Shown: piece by piece, positions 9,036 through 12,850 of the stretch
How positions within the stretch are numbered: position 1 is the first letter of the stretch
Layout: each line of letters opens with the position of its first letter
IMG/VR virus record: IMGVR_UViG_2684622618_000017
Reading direction: 5' to 3' (one strand)
Origin: a virus
Lineage: Duplodnaviria > Heunggongvirae > Uroviricota > Caudoviricetes
Length of the DNA: 12,850 bases
Position numbers and translations under genes: made by a program
The notes under the pieces: model-generated
The model's database searches: none
Seen by the model: the letters and a program-made list of their open reading frames with translations, nothing else
Told to the model about the DNA's origin: nothing

Positions 9036-10219
9036 CAGGCACCTCCCAGCACCGCAAATGCGGGACCAAAGAATTCATCAGTAAACGACTGGTAAAGCTC
9101 CATGTCTTCCAGCGGAGGAACGGGCGTATATTTGTAGCGAATACGCACACGCCCCTGACGTAAATTCGTGGTGCTGTTATCCTCGATGTCATACCAGCAC
9201 TCCGCGCCAATCAGTTTCCCGGCAGTAACCAGTGAATCCAGTTTTGCCCTGATGGCACTGATAACATCCTTCACGTTCGCAGGTGTCAGTGGACTGTCGA
9301 TGGTTTCAAACTGCGCTTCCGCAATTGAATCAGCCAGCACCTGTGCGGTTCGGGTATACACCTCAAAGATGTAGGCGTTCGTTTCCGGTGTGCGGTTGCC
9401 CCAGAAGCGGAACCCGTTGCGACGAATAATGGTCGTGATTTCTTTGTTGTTGAGGCTGTTGGCATCACTGTCTTCGGCCTGCAACGACCAGAACACATGC
9501 CTCGACATCCCAAGCACATTTTTAACCGGAACGTTGGACAGCGATTTGTGCCAGCCCTGCTCATGGTCAATGTACGCACGAAGGCCGCACGCATAAGCAG
9601 GCGCGGGGAACGTTTCGTTTTTGCCACTTTTCAGGTTGTAGGCGATGAAGTCAGGCCATAAGAGCATCACCTCACGTTCGTTGAATTTCTGGCGGTAGGT
9701 AATCGCCTCAGCCATCGTGTTACAACCATGACATGTGGCATACACAAACGCGCGCAGTTTACCCGCAATCACGCACAGGGATTTTGTTACCGCCTCCGTG
9801 TCCAGCTCCGGCGCGGCCAGAATACGCGGACGGTATCCGATGCTTTCATCCTGCTCTGCAACAAGCAGCGCATACATCCCCGTATAGCTGCCGTCAGATT
9901 CAGAACCACCGATAACCAGTTGATCCTGCGTCTTACCGCCTTCTTCTTTGTGTTCAGCCACGCGAACGACGATCACTTTTGTGCTCACCTGGTCTGCGAT
10001 AGCCTTAAGCGCACGATAAAGCGTCCCCGTAGTCCCGCATTTTCCCAGCACGTCATTGACGCGGGTCAGCAGTGTGGGCTTGTTCAGCGGGAACAGCTCC
10101 GCGTCCGCATCATCTGCCGTTGCCACGATACCGATAACACTGGAATCAACATCATTAATCGCTGTTACCAGGTCGGTACTTTCCGTAACACGGGCACCAT
10201 GAAAACGAGTTTCACTCAT
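9035..10219 (-). CDS. FI: P2-like contractile tail sheath protein FI
   Basis: 394 aa; motifs ...FPLNKP...GTLYRALKAIADQ...KLRAFVYATCHGC...WPDF...DHEQGWHKSLSNV...GFRFWGNRT...YTRTAQVLADS...YKYTPVPPLEDM match P2 FI from memory. Confidence 0.9.
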   Translation of the reverse strand: MSETRFHGARVTESTDLVTAINDVDSSVIGIVATADDADAELFPLNKPTLLTRVNDVLGKCGTTGTLYRALKAIADQVSTKVIVVRVAEHKEEGGKTQDQLVIGGSESDGSYTGMYALLVAEQDESIGYRPRILAAPELDTEAVTKSLCVIAGKLRAFVYATCHGCNTMAEAITYRQKFNEREVMLLWPDFIAYNLKSGKNETFPAPAYACGLRAYIDHEQGWHKSLSNVPVKNVLGMSRHVFWSLQAEDSDANSLNNKEITTIIRRNGFRFWGNRTPETNAYIFEVYTRTAQVLADSIAEAQFETIDSPLTPANVKDVISAIRAKLDSLVTAGKLIGAECWYDIEDNSTTNLRQGRVRIRYKYTPVPPLEDMELYQSFTDEFFGPAFAVLGGA

Positions 10220-10376
10220 AGCTTCAGCCCCTTGTATCCGTTAAATGATTCGGCAACAATCATCACCCACCACGCGCGTAATCTCACCCCTGCGCCGTTC
10301 TCCCGCCACGGCGACAACAAAAAGCAGTAACCCCCTCCGCACGCACATGCGACCATGCCGCACAGGGAGGGAACAG

Positions 10377-10643
10377 ATGACCGACACCACCATGCAATTG
10401 CTCAGTCAGGGCACAGACCACGTGAAAGTGCCGGATTTTGATATTCTCGCGGAGGGTAAAACGCTGTCAGGCGTGGCAGAGCGCCTGATGAGCCTGTCAC
10501 TGACCGACAACCGGGGATTTGAGGCGGACCAGCTCACCATCACGCTGGATGATGCAGATGGTCAGTTGCAGCTACCGCCACGGGGCGCGCGCCTGACGGT
10601 TCTCATTGGCTGGAAAGGAGAACCGCTGACAGAAAAAGGCACT
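10377..10643 (+). pseudogene. D: 5' fragment (about 89 codons) of P2-like tail protein gpD (Phage_GPD / VgrG-like), truncated by IS30
   Basis: MTDTTMQLLSQGTDHVKVPDFDILAEGKTLSGVAERLMSLSLTDNRGFEADQLTITLDDADGQLQLPPRGARLTVLIGWKG carries the conserved LTDNRGFEADQL motif; SD gggaggg upstream; the ORF runs directly into the IS30 inverted repeat at 10644. Confidence 0.8.
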
Positions 10644-10669
10644 TGTAGATTCAATCTGTCAATGCAACA
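10644..10669. repeat. IS30 terminal inverted repeat (right end)
   Basis: 23 of 26 positions match the reverse complement of 11802-11827. Confidence 0.85.
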
Positions 10670-11765
10670 CCCCTTTCAATTATCTCTTTCGGTGTTTTGA
10701 ACTTCAGTGTCTTTCTCGGTCTGTTGTTTAGCTGAGCAGCAACCAGATCTTCATGTTGAGTATATTGGGCAAGACATGTCTTTTTAGGAAAGTACTGCCG
10801 AATTAGCCCATTTGTGTTCTCATTTGTTCCCCGCTGCCAAGGACTCTGAGGATCGCAGAAGTAAACTTTAACGCCGGTGCTGACAGTAAATTCTAGATGT
10901 CTGGCCAGTTCCATTCCTCTGTCCCATGTCAGTGATTTTCTGAGTTCTGACGGTAAACTCAGGAATTTGTCGGTAAGAGCCTGATTTACTGAGACAGAAT
11001 CTTTGCCCCTGAGTCTGAGGATGATCGTATAACGTGATTTTCGGTCTACAAGTGTGGCTATATGAGAGTTTTTTGTACCTGAGACTAAATCGCCCTCCCA
11101 ATGCCCTAGAGAGCGTCTGNNNNNNNNNNNNNNNNNNNNNNNNNNNNNNNNNNNNNNNNNNNNNNNNNNNNNNNGGCTACGAAAGTACAGCGTTTTATAA
11201 ATTGTCTCAGGTGATATTCGCAGCGTTTTTTGACGTGGTTTTGTTCGCCTTAACCATCCTGATATTTGCTCTGGAGACCATTTCATCTCCAGCTTTTCCA
11301 GAACAAGCTTTCGCAATGGTAAATTTTGATCCAGTAAGCACGGTTTTGGCCTTTTCGCCATTCTGTTGGCTCGGTTATTAGCATCAACAGCTTTGTAATA
11401 GCGTCTGCCCCGATTACGCNNNNNNNNNNNNNNNNNNNNNNNNNNNNNNNNNNNNNNNNNNNNNNNNNNCGATTACGCTGAACTTCACGTGAGATCGTCG
11501 AAGGACTGCGATTCAGCGCAGTAGCTATCGCACGAATGCTCATTTTGGCTGACAAACCAGCTCGTATCTCCTCGCGCTCAGACAGTGTCAGGTGAGCTAC
11601 AGCCCGCTTACGCTCATGGGGTTTTATGCCGCCAGTATCCCTTAACATAGTGAAGATCGTTCCGGGTTTTGAACCCAGGATATTCGCTATTTCACTGAAG
11701 CCTGTTCCGTTCTTCCATAGTTCAAAAACAGAGGCTTTTTCCTCTGCTGTAAATGTTCGTCTCAT
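10651..11765 (-). CDS. insI: IS30 transposase (DDE), interrupted by N-runs 11120-11174 and 11420-11469
   Basis: MRRTFTAEEKASVFELWKNGTGFSEIANILGSKPGTIFTMLRDTGGIKPHERKRAVAHLTLSEREEIRAGLS... and ...HWEGDLVSGTKNSHIATLVDRKSRYTIILRLRGKDSVSVNQALTDKF...QSPWQRGTNENTNGLIRQYFPK match IS30 Tnp from memory. Confidence 0.9.
11120..11174. other. Run of 55 N inside the IS30 transposase gene
   Basis: Roughly 148 nt of coding sequence (about 50 codons between ...YFRS and RRSLGHWEGD...) are replaced by 55 N. Confidence 0.9.
11420..11469. other. Run of 50 N inside the IS30 transposase gene, flanked by a duplicated 9-mer
   Basis: cgattacgc occurs on both sides; the flanking codons (...REVQRNR / RNRGRRYY...) show no coding sequence is actually missing. 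Confidence 0.9.
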
Positions 11766-11801
11766 TCAAAAAAACTCCGCAACCCCATGTTTTCACATAA
11801 C

Positions 11802-11827
11802 TGTTGCGTTGACCAATTGAATCTACA
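11802..11827. repeat. IS30 terminal inverted repeat (left end)
   Basis: Pairs with 10644-10669. Confidence 0.85.
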
Positions 11828-11841
11828 GTGGTCTGTTTTAA

Positions 11842-11937
11842 TATTTCTATTTCTATTTCTATTTCTATTTCTATTTCTATTTCTATTTCTATTTCTATTT
11901 CTATTTCTATTTCTATTTCTATTTCTATTTCTATTTG
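11842..11937. repeat. Perfect hexanucleotide microsatellite (TATTTC)15 plus one degenerate unit
   Basis: 15 consecutive exact tatttc units (11842-11931) then tatttg; begins 14 bp from the IS30 end, in an AT-rich intergenic region upstream of the HNH gene. Confidence 0.95.
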
Positions 11938-12130
11938 TTGTGATTTTTTCTTTAGTTCATGTATTTCGATTTGTTTCTGAATTATCGGGGGTAGTGTCTT
12001 CCCTTTTCCCTGAGGCTTATCATGCAGTTATTTTCGCCATCTTGGTATTGTGGAAATACCGACATCCATAGCTTTGGTGAGCTCTGTTCAGGTGGCCAAA
12101 TTCAGAAAACCATTACGGAGGAAGAAGGCG

Positions 12131-12697
12131 ATGGCTAAACCAGCGCGAAGACGATGTAACCGTAAAAGAGAAGATTTAACTGTTAAAAGGATATTTGAGT
12201 TACTAAGTTTCGATAAATCTACCGGGGTATTTAGATGGAAAGTTCCCACTCAGGGAAGGATAGCATTAAATAGTGTTGCTGGAGCTTTTGATTCCAACGG
12301 TTATTCAATGATCATGATAGATGGGCGTAGATATAAAACTCACGTCTTAGTTTTTTACATAACTCATAATCGTTGGCCTGCTGGTCAAATTGACCACGTT
12401 AATGGAATTAGGACCGACAATAGGCCAGAAAATTTAAGAGAATGCCTGCCAATAGAAAATTCAAGAAATATAAGGATCCGAAAGAATAGCAAATCAGGTT
12501 GCAGAGGGGTTACTTGGCACAAACGACAGAAAAAATGGAATGTTAGGCTAGGATTCCATGGCAAGAGTAAACACTTCGGATGCTTTGATGATCTGGAGTT
12601 AGCGGTACTAGTTGCTGAAGAAGCCCGAGATAAGTATTACGGTGATTTTTCCGGCAACGAAAGGAGCACTTATGCGAATCTATCGAAGGAAATGTAA
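12131..12697 (+). CDS. HNH homing-endonuclease-like protein with C-terminal AP2-type DNA-binding domain
   Basis: HNH signature ...[37 protein letters not shown] and AP2-like [54 protein letters not shown] ggaggaag upstream of the ATG at 12131. About 38% GC. The first 9 residues MAKPARRRC equal the lambda NinG N-terminus as recalled. Confidence 0.75.
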   Translation: MAKPARRRCNRKREDLTVKRIFELLSFDKSTGVFRWKVPTQGRIALNSVAGAFDSNGYSMIMIDGRRYKTHVLVFYITHNRWPAGQIDHVNGIRTDNRPENLRECLPIENSRNIRIRKNSKSGCRGVTWHKRQKKWNVRLGFHGKSKHFGCFDDLELAVLVAEEARDKYYGDFSGNERSTYANLSKEM

Positions 12698-12850
12698 ATG
12701 TTGCAATGAATGGTTTATACCAAAATATCAAAATCAATATTGGTGTAATGAGATTTGTGGAACCAAGATAGCACTCGAACGACGAAGTAAAGAACGCGAA
12801 AAAGCGGAAAAGGCAGAAAAGGCAGCAGAGAAGAAACGACGACGAGAGGA
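12672..12850 (+). CDS. ninG: NinG/Rap-like protein, N-terminal part (runs off the window)
   Basis: [59 protein letters not shown] resembles the lambda NinG N-terminal zinc-ribbon region (…[28 protein letters not shown]…) from memory. SD aaggag 5 nt upstream; overlaps the 3' end of the HNH gene. Confidence 0.7.
   Translation, partial: MRIYRRKCKCCNEWFIPKYQNQYWCNEICGTKIALERRSKEREKAEKAEKAAEKKRRRE

Larger units (their letters stand above)
10644..11827 (-). mobile_element. IS30 insertion sequence (contains two N-runs)
   Basis: 26-bp imperfect terminal inverted repeats (tgtagattcaatctgtcaatgcaaca at 10644-10669; reverse complement of 11802-11827 is tgtagattcaattggtcaacgcaaca) bracket a single transposase ORF matching IS30 Tnp. 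Confidence 0.9.

Noticed and set aside
9728-10330. 200-aa + strand ORF antisense to the sheath gene
   Set aside because: Entirely antisense to FI, with no SD and no recognisable domain.
11842-11937. Possible CRISPR-like array
   Set aside because: The unit is 6 bp with no spacers; this is a microsatellite, not a CRISPR array.
11787-12071. 94-aa ORF translating the hexanucleotide repeat as poly-(FL)
   Set aside because: Starts inside the IS30 inverted repeat; the open frame is a by-product of the stop-free repeat unit.

Overview
Scaffolded (four N-runs) prophage-rich accessory region, Enterobacteriaceae/E. coli-like by sequence. Left to right: (1) a lambdoid/Rac-type side tail fibre gene stf and tail fibre assembly gene tfa on the + strand; (2) a strongly AT-rich WcaB/CysE-like hexapeptide acetyltransferase gene on the - strand with its own sigma70-like promoter and terminator; (3) a P2-like myovirus tail module on the - strand (sheath FI, tube FII, E and E+E' with a conserved -1 slippery site, tape measure T with a disrupted frame, U); (4) a gpD 5' fragment on the + strand, divergent from FI and cut off by an IS30 copy; (5) a perfect (TATTTC)15 hexanucleotide repeat next to the IS30 end; (6) an AT-rich HNH-AP2 homing-endonuclease-like gene that appears inserted at the 5' end of a lambda ninG-like gene. 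No single obvious new multi-gene system was found; the most interesting candidates are the acetyltransferase moron, the HNH insertion in ninG, the hexanucleotide repeat and the rearranged P2-like tail module. All protein identifications are from recalled family sequences, not database searches. Linkage across the N-runs is not proven by this sequence.
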